DNA of 58,152 nt, counting the filler, from Platydemus manokwari (taxonomy: Eukaryota), in the NCBI GenBank assembly GCA_037951405.1. It is 5 parts of 5 records of this genome, joined end to end, with 100 filler letters (N's around TTAATTAATTAA, not from the genome) between each part and the next. Parts side by side here need not be neighbours in the genome. Positions count along the whole stretch, not along the records: positions 1 to 13,680 come from JBBMOY011646958.1; positions 13,781 to 23,193 come from JBBMOY011252763.1; positions 23,294 to 34,708 come from JBBMOY010688875.1; 2 more parts are not named here. The stretch is one strand, 5' to 3'. The notes below the pieces were generated by a model that saw nothing but the letters and a program-made list of their open reading frames with translations, did no database searches and was not told the DNA's origin. A program made the translations under genes and the position numbers. Numbering within the stretch: position 1 is the stretch's first letter; each line of letters opens with the position of its first letter. Shown here in pieces: positions 10,601-24,918 of this stretch.

Positions 10601-13356
10601 GTTAAACTTGATTGTAATTAGTTTTATAGCATTAAATTTTATTGAAATTTCTTCGTTTCAGTATCATATTATATAAATATAATAATGGATGAAATTAGAA
10701 ATAGATCATTGGATCGGTTTTCTTAGCCTAAATAGAAATATGATAAATGGATTTTGACACTACTAGATTTGATTTATTGCTGGCCATTTAATATAATCAA
10801 CTCTTTTATAAAACCATTTGAAATTTTAATGTTAAATTTGGTTTTTATTTTATCTCTTTTCATAATTCTCTCATATTTCCTTTATTTTTAACAATTGACT
10901 AACCTCGTTTGTTTATTACAGAAATTTTTCTGAATAATTTTTCAGTCATTTCTAATCATGTAAATGTTCTTTAATCGTATTATATTTTCTAGATAGTAGC
11001 TTTGAGAAATCAAGCACACAGCTACATTGTTGCTATTCAAGACATCGATGATCGGATTAAACGATGTCCCAATGAAGTTGTTTTTCGTTGTCATAGACAT
11101 TATATGTTTGTTTATATTTTCTTATGTTTAGGAAAAACATATTAAATATTTATTGCGAAATTCTTTGAGAATGTTTGAGGAAAAATTGACAAATCTCAGT
11201 CGAAGTTTGGCTTTCATCAGAGCAACAACATTTTCTGAGGTGATTATTTCTGTTGATTAATATGATCAAGATTTATGAGCGTGAATATTTGTGAATATTT
11301 TGTTACAAAATTTTCCATTTCTGCTTTTTTTATTTTAATGTCGATTGATAAATGCTTTACAATTGATTTTCATTCTTAATTTAGATGATTATTAATATTG
11401 GGGTCAAGTTTTACTTTGGTTGACTGATTTTGGGAATCAATGATTTGGAAAAATAATTATTTGAATCTGGCACTTACTCGTATTTATTTCATTTTTTTCA
11501 AATCTTTTTTAATTTTTTTAAATATATCTGTCATTCTAATTATCTTCAAATAAAGAATAAAATCATTCCTACGTTAACATTTATGTTGGAATATCGCCAT
11601 TTTTTTCAAAGCTCATGGAGTTGCCACACATTTTGGTTTGGAAATAATATAAATCCAATGCTCTATACTCGATACAAAATTGTTAGAAACAAAGTCATTC
11701 CGTTAGGCTGTTGTAAGCGAGGAACTTTTTTCATTTCATCTAATTCGAACAAGTGTATTCTGATTTCTTCTTAATGGAACTCGTTGATCTTTAAAGCTAA
11801 TAAATTTTCATAGAATATTTCAGAGGAAGTGAAGAAGTTGTAATTTTTTTAAGCAAATATTTGTGCGATAAAAAATGTTTTTCTGCTATTTTTTTATCCA
11901 TGAAGCTTTTCCGAGATCAAGATTAATCGACGAAAGCCTCTTACTTGAAAGTGATTGTTTAGTCATAGTAATAATTCTTAAATCTTGACGAATTATCTCG
12001 TTAAAATCACCTCTAGGTTTCCAATAAAAATATACTTATCATTCTTTTTTATCATATTAAAAAATAGGAATATTCTAATGCATCGTGATTTGTTATTGTT
12101 ATAATAATACATGGAGTTCATTAAAACATACTTGTTGGAAACAAATGAATTGTTTGATTGATGTTAATTGAATCGCATCTGTGCTGAATATCATTCATTA
12201 TACCATGAAGATCTACAAGAGCTTTACATACGTTATTAATACAAAATACATCATATTCAGTATTCCTTAAAGGTACTTTTGTGTGATTTTATTTGTGGTG
12301 TTATTAACACTTGAAAAGTATAATTTGTATTCCACATTGAAATCGTACTTTTTTACGTGAGATCTTGCGAAACATCTATACCACTTCTGTTAAAATATTG
12401 TGTTATATATAGGTTTTAATATCGTTTATGATTTATATGCATCTTCATTTATTGTACGTTTATTTAATACTTATTAGCTGTTTATATCTATAACTTAATT
12501 ATATTGTTCGGTGATGTCTTTTTTTTTATTTTATATTTGTAATCCTTACTACATTCCTGGTTTTTTTAATAATTGTAAAATTATGAATTTGCTTTCAGGA
12601 AAAACGGGATGATATTCTTTGGTTATGGACAACAACATTAGCTACTCTGGATGAAAATAAAAACGATAAATTGTATGGTTTTTTGCCCACATATCATATT
12701 GAAAATTGTCTCAATATATTTCGGCATATTACCGCAATATATCATCCAACTTTACAACTGGAAGGATTGAGAGGTGTGATCATTATTATTTATTCAAATA
12801 TCATCATTATTTTTCTTTTTTTTAATTTGGTTTTTGTTTCTCTGAAAACAATAGAATATCAATTCTTTCACTGCGACTATGGAGATATTTAAGTAGACAA
12901 CAATCTATAATATTGAATTATCATGTCTTATTTGGTGTATTTTATATTATTTAATACTTACTACTAGATTGTTTCAATGTTTTGGGACAACATGGTATTA
13001 TGGTCATGTTCAACTATCGAGATAAGAGAATTACTCAATCTAATTTACGAAATCAAATGATGAAGGGAATAGTGGATGTTATCAATTTACCAATAGCTAT
13101 GAAATGCCTTGAAGAACGTATTAGTCCAGCCGATGCTACCAATTTTTTACAATCACTTCTTACCGATTGGGCAGATGCTATGATTATTTTAGAGAAATTT
13201 TGGAGAGTAATTCTTTAATGACAATATTAGAATCTTTATATTTCCAATAATCCAATTTATTATAGGGCGATGGATTTGCGTTTAGATATCAAGAATTGCC
13301 TCATCAACAATTGCCAGAGTTTCATTTGCGAGATGCTGTAGTGAAATCATTTGAAA
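4696..13356 (+). CDS. RNF123: E3 ubiquitin ligase RNF123/KPC1 orthologue, internal part (5' exons unresolved, 3' end cut by gap)
   Basis: Phase-consistent GT-AG exons 4696-4763, 6645-6713, 6757-6880, 6933-7100, 8618-8970, 10993-11076, 11132-11239, 12599-12773, 12968-13206, 13266-~13356. They translate to ELEDIQTEILIQL, FFHRLVNLIRYLW, RISGRLNQLTKTFKSDL, IQDIDDRIKRCP, FEEKLTNLSRSLAFIRATTFSEEK and FWRGDGFAFRYQELPH. These are collinear with recalled human RNF123 motifs [75 protein letters not shown] and LWRGCGFGYRYTRLPH. Confidence 0.88.
6458..6629. repeat. (GT)n tract and (ATTATG)n tract in an RNF123 intron
   Basis: GT run at ~6458-6478 and ATGATT hexamer run at ~6592-6629. They generate the spurious poly-Ile ORF 6424-6666. 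Confidence 0.85.
7396..7518. mobile_element. Non-autonomous hAT-type MITE (123 bp)
   Basis: Terminal inverted repeats CAGGGGTGGCCAAC / GTTGGCTACCTATG (11/14 match). 8-bp target duplication TATTATAC / TATTATAT. Confidence 0.85.
8013..8113 (+). repeat. Copy 3 of the same element family, with 10-bp direct flanking repeat
   Basis: ATTGTCAG start, invariant 19-mer at 8088-8106, AATTCATATT at both 8013-8022 and 8104-8113. Confidence 0.85.
10109..10529 (-). CDS. Possible small nested antisense gene (~75 aa), weak FUN14/FUNDC-like resemblance
   Basis: AACAAACATG start. Putative exons 10529-10380, 10244-10225 and 10166-10109 with GT/AG ends give MSLKDFEVKEVTN...IGAGLLQ|VLFMNR|RYFKIND...VD*. Confidence 0.3.
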
Positions 13357-13680
13357 GTAATTTTAATAATGATGAAGTTTTTATTTTCATGTCGTATAAT
13401 AATTTTTAATATAAATAGAAAATTGACGTTTATTATTATTATTTATAAATTTGTGCGTTATTTGATAATAATGTATTAATCTGACATTGAACTATATATA
13501 TATATATATACATGTATACATATATATTATAGGGAGACTAAATTTTATGAGATTAAACATCCTATATAGACATATCATATAATTTGATTGTTTTGCAGTT
13601 ATAAATGAACCAATTAGTATATTTTAGAAAGTGGAATTCTAGAATTCAAGAATATTGTTATAGACTGGCACATGGTCATT

Positions 13681-13780
13681 NNNNNNNNNNNNNNNNNNNN
13701 NNNNNNNNNNNNNNNNNNNNNNNNTTAATTAATTAANNNNNNNNNNNNNNNNNNNNNNNNNNNNNNNNNNNNNNNNNNNN
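13681..13780. other. Artificial contig linker (N44-TTAATTAATTAA-N44)
   Basis: 100 bp, with a six-frame stop palindrome embedded in Ns. Identical at four sites. Confidence 0.97.
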
Positions 13781-13910
13781 AATTAAAAATTACAAATTTA
13801 TTTTACGTATATAATTAAATAAACTATATAGATTTTTTCAATACACTCAAATTTAAAATTTTATTTTCTTCCTTTAGTTAAAGCATGTTTTTATTAAGAT
13901 AGTCAAAAAT
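13781..13910 (+). repeat. Interspersed AT-rich repeat, copy A
   Basis: Shares ATATAATTAAATAAACTATATAGA.TTTTTCAATACACT..CAAATTTAAAATTT with ~41985-42120. Confidence 0.7.
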
Positions 13911-16900
13911 ATTCTATTATTAAAAATAAGAATGAAATAAGCTGAGAGTAATCCAATAAGAGTTTCAGATTCACATAATAAGGTGATAAGGTGTGTGTGT
14001 GCATAATGAATGGAAAAGAAAAATTTTCTTTACCCAAATATAACTGAATATATGAAACAGAAATATATTGTATTGTTAAGTACTTAAACTCAAGCATGTT
14101 TAATACAAATACTATTTCATTGCCCAGAAAGTAACTCAAATTTTTGCAATATTTTTTTCATATTTGAAAACATCTTTGTTTTCCAATACTTCTTTCGGAC
14201 TGATTTTTAACACATATTTAAGTAGATAGATTATCTACAGACTATCAATTATTTCAATAAAATTTTCAATTCTATTTGACCTTTTTCACCTTTACAGATA
14301 ATTGTGATCTACTATGTTCAATACTTTCTAATTTCTTTTTGTTATTTATAATTTATAAATTATATTAATTATTTCCATAAACTAATTATAGTTGTTGGAT
14401 TCTATGGGGTTCAAGTTCAATTACAAAGCGCAAGGAAGTTTCAATTTAATCTAACGTTTCTTGAAACTAAATTTGTAGTTGCTATCAGTCTTAAAATTGA
14501 CTATTAACTATTAACACGAATATCGGTCTCAAATTAATTTTACCTTTTAGGTTCCATCATAAAAAAAACAAAAATTTCAATTCAATACTTTGATTTAACG
14601 TCAATAAAAATTGCAAAATCTTAGTCCACATAGTTTATTTATCTTAAGAATCTAAGAGCATTCAAAACTTCAAAATTAACTATGTTATAGATAGTAAAAA
14701 TGACAATACACTAATACTCAAATCAGACTCCTTGAGCTATAAATAGTTATTTTTAATACTTGACGATGATTCACTAAATTTGTCAACAAACATTTCTTTG
14801 TCAGTTAAAATTAGTCTTGATCGAATTGTCTATATCAAAAATATTTTTTTATTTTTAAAATTATTTTTGTTAATTCCTTGTCAGCAACTTTCTAGCAGTT
14901 CTAATTGAAGTCCAATTCTTGATGTTTTTGACTACGTTTTGTGCGTGTGTGTTAATTTCTCCCAAACATTTGGTATTTTTATTGTTCCTAATCTCGGTAA
15001 TTAAGTGTGATTTATTGTTATTATATTATTTTTTGCTTCAGAAATTATTTTTTTCATTTTCTCAATAGTTTAAAAACAATCGATTTTTTGTTGCTTTTTT
15101 AAATTCAAATATTATTTTATCGCCATGATTGGTTATTTTTTATCTTCATTATTTACCAATCTCTAACTTTAATTATTTATTTTATCTCGTCATATTTGTA
15201 TCGTTATTCAATCCAATTTTCACTGATATAAGTATTACGCAATTGTTTTGACTATTAACAAACATAGTAGTTATTTCTAACCATTATCAAAATACTTTTC
15301 ATAAATTGTCTATATACTTAAATTAAATTTAAATAATATATCAAATGTTTTTAATCGACTGTTTATTCAATAGTCAAATCAAATAAAGATTGTGAGATAA
15401 ATATTAATTACAGAATATTGTAAAGAATCCACAATTTAAAGAATCCATAATCATAATCGGTATTAGGATTGTCAGATTCTGTTAATATTCATCGAGATCG
15501 AGCATTGTTTTCTCCTAGTTGTTTCATATATGTTTATTGCATTCCATGAAGTCCATGCTTAGAGTAGTACAAATCTTGGCCAACAAATGACATTATCAAG
15601 CAGCATAATCACCGCTTTTGTTTATTTTTTTTTATTTTGTTTATTTGGAGTTGTCTACGAATTGATTTGATTGAAAACCTAATTTACTGTATCTATTCTT
15701 TGAACAGAAATTCGTTATATTTGATACAATTTTTCGGTTTCTTCTAATATTAAGTAAAGAGTTTTATTTATAGAATTATATTTGCTTGAGTTATTAATGA
15801 GATACGTTAATCAAATACATTGGTGGAAAAATGAATTAAATAAAATGAACACTATCGTTCTAAGTGAAAAATTAAGTGAAATAATTAAAAATCATTCTTT
15901 GAAAAAAACTTTTCCTTATTTAACATCTTAATTAACATCCCCATGTGTTAATTTTAGCATTTTACAAATCAATTATCCATCATTTGTATCGAAAAATCCA
16001 ATATTGCCGAAATAAAAAAATTATTGTGAACATTAATACCACATTTTTACTGGTTTTTCCATGAAATTTTTATTTTTTCAATGATATTCTAAGAAGATAT
16101 TTCGTTACATGAAATATTAAATATGTACTTCCAATAATTGGCAGTTATCTTTAGAATTACTTACCACGTTTTTTGATTTACTATCTGGAATTTAGTTACT
16201 TGATATCAAATGGATATTTGAACCTACCTGAATTATTAAATTAATTATTGGTTTCGTTATTTAGTTGTAATTGGACTTCATGTATTATGAATATACGGGA
16301 AATTTCGGTAACTTTGCTACTTTAAACTTGAAGTTGTATGAAAATATATCAATTAACAATGTTTACGGAGGCAGTTAATATCAAATGAATTCATTCAGAA
16401 TTCGCTTTAAGTGGAGCTTTTTAAATTCAGATTTTATTTCCTCAGAATTAATTCTTCGATTAATTTCAACATGCTAATAACAGTACTAGTATCATATATG
16501 CAGACCCTGTTATAAAATACCGAATAACCTTAGTTTAAATTATACAAATGCAAAGAAAACTTGGGATGATCAATTAGGTTCCTAACATTAGATTTAACAA
16601 AAATTTGTTTAAAATGTTGCTAATTAATAAATTCCATGGATTATTATATAATTGATTCCTAGATAATTGGCCAAATACATTGATTCAATATTATTCCTAA
16701 TTATTTGATAGGGCAAAGAAATCAACAGCAATTTCTTCTGTTGTATGACGTAATGAAAAGGTTACATGTTAATAATCTTCAATCCATTTTGACGATAATT
16801 ACAACAAATGCACAACGGCAATTGTAAATTGGTGAGATATGGTTTGAATTTGGTGAATATATCCATAATCTTAAAATCTCATTTCGTTACTTTGAGAATA

Positions 16901-19696
16901 AATCAAATGTAATATAATTCCATATTTCTAGTACAAAATCACTATACTACAATACTATCACTCAATCGTTAGTATCTGGAATACAGATGGTATCTGGCAA
17001 AGAAAAGTTTTTATAAGATGATCTACAGATTCCATAATTAAACGAAAATCTTTAACCCATTCAATGTTGTATAGTTGTCCTATTTATTAAATATATCTGT
17101 ATATTTTTTATGTATTGCTTTCATCAAATAATGGCCTCTAAATAATTACACGTAACAACTTAAGTTTTTCCGAAAATCATCGTGTAATAAGTATTTTTAT
17201 GTATTTTTTAATGAAACATTTATGTTTTTATCTATTTAAAAATCGCCAAGGAAAATGCATAGACTTTATAGTGTATTTTTATTAAATTGAAAAAATCGGT
17301 GATAGTGGATAGAACAGACTCAATTCAATGTGTATTATCAAATTGAATAATCCTTTGTGTATTTCTAATATTTTAACTTATAATCTATGAAGCATAGTTA
17401 GTAGAAAATTCTTTGGTTGATAAGTTTAAATATAGATTTTAAACTATGCTATTATCCTATTTAAATCCCGTTATGCCTCAACAGGATCTCTGAACTAGAA
17501 GATAATCAGAGCTTCTGGACACGAATGTTCAGCTTTGAATCTCGATTTTTAAATCATAAGGTTGAAAGTCGAAGGCACTCGAAAGGTTGTTGATCGAACA
17601 TGTACGTAATTCAATATTTATCGACACAATTTGACAATAAAAAGAGAATTGTATCTGAACGGTGTAAAAATAAATATTTGTTCTTTTCTTACACGAAATT
17701 AAGGATTCATATTATTGAGTTTTTTTTTAATTATTTGATATAATTAAAGAAGTCTAATAATTTTCCTAGTAGACCTGGTCTAGGTGTTCTTGGCAAATAC
17801 CGTAATAAATTTAAATTTAAACGATTTAATTACAAAAAACTAAATTTCCAACGATATTATACCTGTATATGACATGAAAACCCATAAAAATCTATTTTAT
17901 TATTAAAAATGACAACAGTTTAATTCTTAAATTATTTCAGTCCAAACAATGAAAGTGTTTTTAATAGTAATGACCAAATATATTGACGTATGGATTTGTA
18001 AGAACAAAATTTAAAAATATCAAGCAATTGGTAGAGTTTTTAGATTATATAATAATGTTTTTGGAAATCAGTATATAAACAAATGGAGTGAGAAGTCAAC
18101 AATAGATGATACAATGCTTATTGAACTAGAAAATTAAAAGTGTAGTAAATGCAACCAATTCTGAATAGATATCAATCTACATGTTTGTTCAATAAGTTTC
18201 CCTACAATGGAGTATGAAGCAACACAAATTCTTTAAATAATACATGACTTACAATTGGTTGGATTGGTATTAATAATATTAAAGTTTTAACGATAACCAT
18301 AGCTAACTAACTAAATTCCCACAGTAGATTCAGTACTGAAGTATAATTTACTCTAATGTTGATTTCAAATGACTGTTCGAATATTCGTTCTTAAAGTTTG
18401 CATTCTAAATTTTTGTTCTTGAACTAATAATTATTCTTCATTTAATCTAGAAAAATATATGACGTGCTTATTGATAGGCATTACATTTATTTTATTCTGC
18501 TTCAATTTCTTCGTTCACTATTTCCTTGTAATTTATTTTGTCCTTATTAATTATACGCATAAAAAGTCTCCGGGTAGTATATCCTATTTTTAACTATTCC
18601 AATATTTTCTAACCTACTTTTATATTAACCTGGTTTGAAAGCAATTTTTATAAAATTCTTCATTATATTTGAAAAAAAAACTAAAATAAATTAATATATT
18701 CAACTTTATCGCATAAAAACCTTATTAATGAAAATATCTTCTATGTAGAACAATTAATATTTTAAAGCTTTAATATTTCATGAATTAGCAATAAACAACC
18801 TATTTTTCTAAGGAAATAAAAATCTTGAAAATAAAATAATTTATTTTAAATTCTTTTCAATGAAGTTTTATATAACCTCTTATTATTGAAGATTTTTACA
18901 TACATACTAAGCACTCTGAAAATGAGAATGAAAAATGCTAAAATTCTTACATCAGTAAATAGTTATCCATATATACTGATAATCACAACTATTGGTGAAT
19001 TACATTGCTAAAAGGCTGGCTTTACACGAATATGAATATCGCTGGAATCCATTCCTGAACACTTCAGTCAAGTTTTACTTTTACGCCTCACCAATTAATA
19101 TCAAAGCTCTTTCAAAAATACTCTATTTTGTCAAATATATTGATTTCTTTAGTTCTGGATAAAATTATTTACAAATAAATTAAATAGATTAAGATTAGAT
19201 AAAAATTTTAGAAAATATGTCACGTTTATACGAATAATAGAAGGTCTGCATATATGATATATTTCAATACTTAACTTATCAGAATAAAATTTTCAACATT
19301 TGAAATGTGATCTTTAATCTATAATACATATTAATGGTGATATCTAATATCTAATATTCCTAAATTTATTATAAATAATAATGATTTACAATGTGTTTTG
19401 GTTGATTCTTAATCAAATTGTATGGTGAAATTTAGTTTTATTATTGGAAATTTAAGCACTAGATTTCATAATTTAATTTTTTAATAGTTGTGTTAAAATA
19501 AATTATTTTAAAGCTAAATCAATATAATTATCTCTTGTTTATACTATGTATTTAAAAATCTCCATTTAATATTAATTTTAAAAAAGACATTAATTTTTTT
19601 GTAAACAAGGTTAACTAATAAAATACGAATTTTAAAGAGCTAATGTTTCTTAATAAACAAGAAAAAATATTTAATATAATACGTTAATAGTTTATT

Positions 19697-20452
19697 ATGA
19701 ACAATACTGGTAAGATGGTTTCAATTTATTTAAATTATAAAAAGCTTTTAGGTCATATTTTGGATAATAATATTGATACTTCTCATATTATTAATAAAGA
19801 TCACGACATCATTCATGAAGATGACTTAGATGACGATTTTAAAAAAGATCTTGGATTAGAATATGAAAGTACTAGTCAAGCTACCTCGACGCCTAAAGAA
19901 TCAAATTCCCCACCAAAGCTTAGATCGAATTTAGATGAAGTTATTGAGTCAGTTATTCAAGATGCAATCGATTATGCTGATGCTCCACAAGACAAACGTA
20001 TATTACCTGCATTAACTCGAAAGTCTAATAAAGTGAAAGTGAAAGCTATTCCTATTAATAATTCAGCATCTTTCACAAATGTAGCCTCACCTCAACAACA
20101 ACTTGCGCCTATAAACAATAGTGGATTACTTATGCCTACAAATAATAACCCTAGTTCATTTCATTCATTAGTTCCTGCAAATCTACCACCAGGAATGCAG
20201 CATATGCTTCAATTAGCGACCACTGGTAAATCCGGTCTGTCTATTTGTAATTCTAACACTCCAACATCATTACAACATCCGAATAATACTACTCAACAGC
20301 AACAACAAATGGCCAGTGCAATGATGGGTTTCAGTGCAGCCCAGCTTCCAAACATGATTATGCCATCTTACAGTACGAATTATTCGCAACAAACCCCTAC
20401 TGGTCAATATCAGCTTCCAGTATCTTTATCTCAAATTCAACTTGCTCAGCAG
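19697..20452 (+). CDS. 5' exons of an unidentified protein with acidic then Q/N/S/P-rich low-complexity region (transcription-regulator-like)
   Basis: ATG exon 19697-19709, 42-nt GTAAGA..TTTAG intron, 701-nt exon 19752-20452 ending CAG|GTATTT. Downstream exons were not found before the gap. Confidence 0.75.
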
Positions 20453-20775
20453 GTATTTTCAAATCATTTTTTCTTAAACTTTTTTATTATATTTTTAATT
20501 AAATTATCATATTAATAGTAAATGTTTTTCGACAGTTTTTTGTTTGTCATAATATTTTTTTGGTTTTTCTCAGCGAAACACATTTATAAATCTTAAATAT
20601 TATTTGCATTGCATTTTAAAAAAAATACAATTATTGATCAAAGAGAAATTATTTTAATGTTGTATCAAATTTTATAGAGATATAAATAAATTATATTTAT
20701 TATTTTTGTCAATTCACTCTTATTTTATGGATATTATTTGCTATATCCCAAAAAAATAATCGATAAATTACTCAA

Positions 20776-20810
20776 CCAATCAAATTGCAACCTCATCGGA
20801 ACTGACGTCA
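20776..20810. promoter_or_regulatory. CCAAT box plus full palindromic CRE (TGACGTCA) in an intron
   Basis: CCAAT at 20776-20780 and TGACGTCA at 20803-20810, in a locally GC-richer patch. Confidence 0.3.
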
Positions 20811-21062
20811 TCGTGATTTCATCGCCTAATTAATAAGATTTATTCACCTTTGTTGAAATTATTGCCCATTAATATTATGATTTGGCTAATCTAGATATTT
20901 ATATGATATGAACCGCATATATTTATTGAAATATCAATGTTCTCATTTAATATAATTATGTGTTTATTTTTTATACACAGATTTCCATATAAAATATATT
21001 AAATCAACATGGTAACTAAGGTTTATTAATCAATATTTGATCAATATTTTGATTCGTTAGAT

Positions 21063-21309
21063 CAAGGAGGCGCGCCCCTTAAGAGAAGCGCGAAACATTA
21101 TATTTGGAGTGTCTAAAATTTGATAAAATTATTAATTAATAATTAAAGCATAATTTGAATTAATTATGTCTTGTTATGAAGAAGATATTTATTTGATTTA
21201 AATAGTATTTCATATGGGAGTTATGACCTATTACGGGACCCATATTAGGGGTGTCAGTAGGTATTATAATAAAAATGGGGGCACAATTTAAAAATTTTGC
21301 ACACCTCTG
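21063..21309. mobile_element. Non-autonomous hAT-type element
   Basis: Perfect 8-bp target duplication CGTTAGAT (21055-21062, 21310-21317). CA...TG ends. Right end TTTGCACACCTCTG resembles a hAT TIR; left TIR is decayed. Confidence 0.75.
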
Positions 21310-22289
21310 CGTTAGATGTTATATATTTTTTCTTTTAAAAGATAACTTGCTTATTTTATGATTGGACAATATTTTTTGAGTTATTTCGTAATTAATTGCT
21401 TTTTCAATAATTTTCTGCATTGAAATAGGCGCATTATATGTTTTACAAAATGGAAAAATGAGGCCGATTATTTTACAATTACTAAATGATTTGGTCATGA
21501 TTTTTTCTTGAATGTTTTTTAAAAAGGTTTTTTTTGATTTTGTGAATTTTTACAATCTCATAAAATGATAAATTGGTTTGGTATCAATTTGTATATCATA
21601 GATAAATTCCATTGTTAACAAAGATAAATGTTAAAATATTGTACAATTATTTGTTTGATGATCTATTCCTAATTGTTGTCTAGAAAAATTAGGTATTTTA
21701 TGTCAATTATGCATGAATATTTGCTTGATTTTATTATCTAGATCAGTTGTAATAAAATATGATGAAATGACGATCAATTTTAACATAATATATTCCAATG
21801 AATACACTATAATTATTCTTATATTTTTACATTATATTATTAATTTTCAAAATATAGTATTTGTAATAATTGTGATATATAAAATATTTTAATTAATAAT
21901 TTATAGAAAAATATTATTCACAAAATAAAGGATACATTTGTGTTCAGATAGATTATTATTTATTATATCTATCATTACTCTATGATTTTACAACGTTTTA
22001 CAGTGATTTCATATCGTATAACCTATAAAACAAAATTGGAATAAATTGCTCATGTATGTGTGATGAATAAGCCTATTTCTTTTATGCTAAGCACATAAAT
22101 GTTTTAATTCTTCCATTTTTTTTATTTTTACATACCATTAACAAAAAAACCCTAGACAAAATTATGAGTAACTATTATCTCAACCTTAACCACTTGATAT
22201 GTTAAGCTAATTATGATTGATTTAGTATAAACATGTAAATAAATATTTTTATATTATGTAATCATTTAAATTTTCTTTAACGAAAATTA

Positions 22290-22290
<1 letters not shown>

Positions 22291-22345
<55 letters not shown>
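22291..22345. repeat. Compound (CT)n(AT)n microsatellite
   Basis: Directly visible. Confidence 0.95.
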
Positions 22346-23193
22346 GATTGTCTAACATTATTATCTGTATTCTATAAAAATAATTGCCAATTTAAGAAAT
22401 TGGTCGTATCCAATTGTTTTTTAAAATTTACTAGCTAAACTAGTATATTTTCGAGTTTTATGGTAATCAAACAATAATAAAAACAGGATATATATATCTC
22501 ATTTGTTTAGCTAATGGATTTTTGTTGATATGCATCAATCGAAATTTTAAAAATTAACATGAATTCTTAAGTGATTTGCGAGGTGTGCTACTTTAGAAAT
22601 TTTAGAAGTCTATGTTAAATTTATTCAAATGTCTATTAAATTAATTTGCATATTTTAATAAATCTAAAATTTAATATATTTGATCAATGATCACTTGCAT
22701 AATGATCTTTGAAAATGGAAATGCAGGTGTATGAAACTTTTAATTTATGAATTCAGAGGATTATTATTATCTCGTCAAACATTATTTAAAGTAAATTCAT
22801 TAAAGAGAAAATTCCTAAATTATGCGAAAATAAGTTTTTAACTTTGATTAAATTTTTATATCATTGGATGATTTTGAGAGTAATTTTTAATATTTTCTGC
22901 TATTTCTATCAAAATTTTGGTTAAATTATTAATTGAGAATATTTGAGATTGTTTGCGTATTTGTTTTAATGAATTTGAGTTAACTTGGTTTAGGAAACTA
23001 ATTTTAATTCTTTCTAGATAAAATATTAATTTTTATTCATTAAATTGAAAAGATTTTAGAAAAATTATATATGTAGAAATGTAATTTAATTCCTTAATTT
23101 ATTTTAACCTTATAGTTAGTTTTGATTTTTCTTAATTTGTTTTTATTTTCATGTTTGATATGTACGATTATTGTTTAAGCATCTATTTGATAG

Positions 23194-23293
23194 NNNNNNN
23201 NNNNNNNNNNNNNNNNNNNNNNNNNNNNNNNNNNNNNTTAATTAATTAANNNNNNNNNNNNNNNNNNNNNNNNNNNNNNNNNNNNNNNNNNNN
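23194..23293. other. Artificial contig linker
   Basis: Same 100-bp N/TTAATTAATTAA/N spacer. Confidence 0.97.
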
Positions 23294-24918
23294 TAATTTT
23301 GATAAAGTTAATAATTGGATCTTTGCTGCCTATCATACTATCTTCATATAGTATTGATAGCGAGGTGAAAAATATAAAGAACAATAATAAATTAAGGTTT
23401 GATTCGTATACCTTAAGGGGTTGGTCAGAGCTCACGGAGACTGATCAAGTCAGCATTGATCCACAAAACTAGTTAATTATTGAGACTGATAAAATTAGGA
23501 TAATAAAGTTTAAAATAAAATAAAAGCAACCCCAAAACGAACATATTTATATTTTAATCTAATTCAATGTGGTATTGGCACAAGATATTTATTAGACGAA
23601 AATAACCTCTAACATATTATTGAAGCCTTTGAACATATAATTGTATTGAAATTTGTACTCCATCACTAAATTTCTAATTGGTTCAGTAGCCTAATGGGGT
23701 TTTGGAATTGTCTTTTTCTTCAAAGGTCAAAACAACATGGTTGCTTGTTCTGGTTGAGACTTTTTATTACCTAGGGATTTTCGTTGAGTTTAAGCTTGAT
23801 AATTTCTACATTTACAATTATTTGAAAGATTTTGTTTTGCAAACACAAGTGATAGTTGATGAATGGAAAGAGAGTGTAAAGAGAGGGCACATAATTTATC
23901 AATTCATTCCGGACATGTATCCGCATAAATAGCATGTTTGAAAATTCCAGGTTCAATCATATAGACTTAAATGATTCCATCGTTAATCATTGTTTTTGAT
24001 TTATTTATCATGAGCATTACCAAAACTTTACCATGGCTTGTTCAAGTTTTTAGCATTACATAATGCCATTAACGAATTATCTTTTGCCAATCAATTTATT
24101 ATGGATTTTAATTAAGCATACCTCGACACGAATTTGATCAATCAGAAATTGAAATCCATTTCGAATTATCATTCCAGATAGTTCTGGAAATCCAGAATTT
24201 TGAATTACAACGTTCTACTTTAGAATAATTTTTCTTTTTTGTAAAAAGAAACCTATTTCATTAGGATTTCATCGTTATTTTACAACCGGATAAGTAATTA
24301 AACTCACATCCTCTTTCTCCATCCATTTTTATTTATTAGCGGTTGATCAGTCACGCACACGGTAGCACGTTCACATCTTGAGAATATCGTTCACTAATAT
24401 ATTTGGTAGATTCGTAAGTCGGTATTCTAAAATTCATTTTTGTTTCAATATAAATTTGAAGCTGTTCTTCTATTTAAAGTATTTTATATTTGTTTTCAGG
24501 AATTCTATGTCATATCTCTTTTAATTTAATTGCCTCATTTAATTATTATCTGATCGTTTTATCATCGTTTTATCAATCTTTTGAGTAATCTCTAATCTAA
24601 AATACAATTTTATTGAATTTGAATTTGCTTTATTTTTATTATATTTTGTTTATAAGTATTGTTATAGTATTTATATTGTTCAATAAACCACAACCTTTAA
24701 TCGGTTGACGGCAATTAATAGAGGTTAACTGGTCTCATTAAAGCTCAAGAATACATTAATTTTAAATATCAATTATCATACGTTCATATAAATTTAAAGA
24801 TGGTTAATAAACTATTAAAATCAATGATGTATTCATAAAACGTATTTCATAATTGACCTGGTTTAAATAGATCAATATAATTATAATTATAGTTCAATAA
24901 CTATAAAATTAAAAAATT

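Noticed and set aside
13725-13736. TTAATTAATTAA palindrome recurring four times as a biological repeat
   Set aside because: Always centred in identical N runs; an artificial six-frame stop linker.
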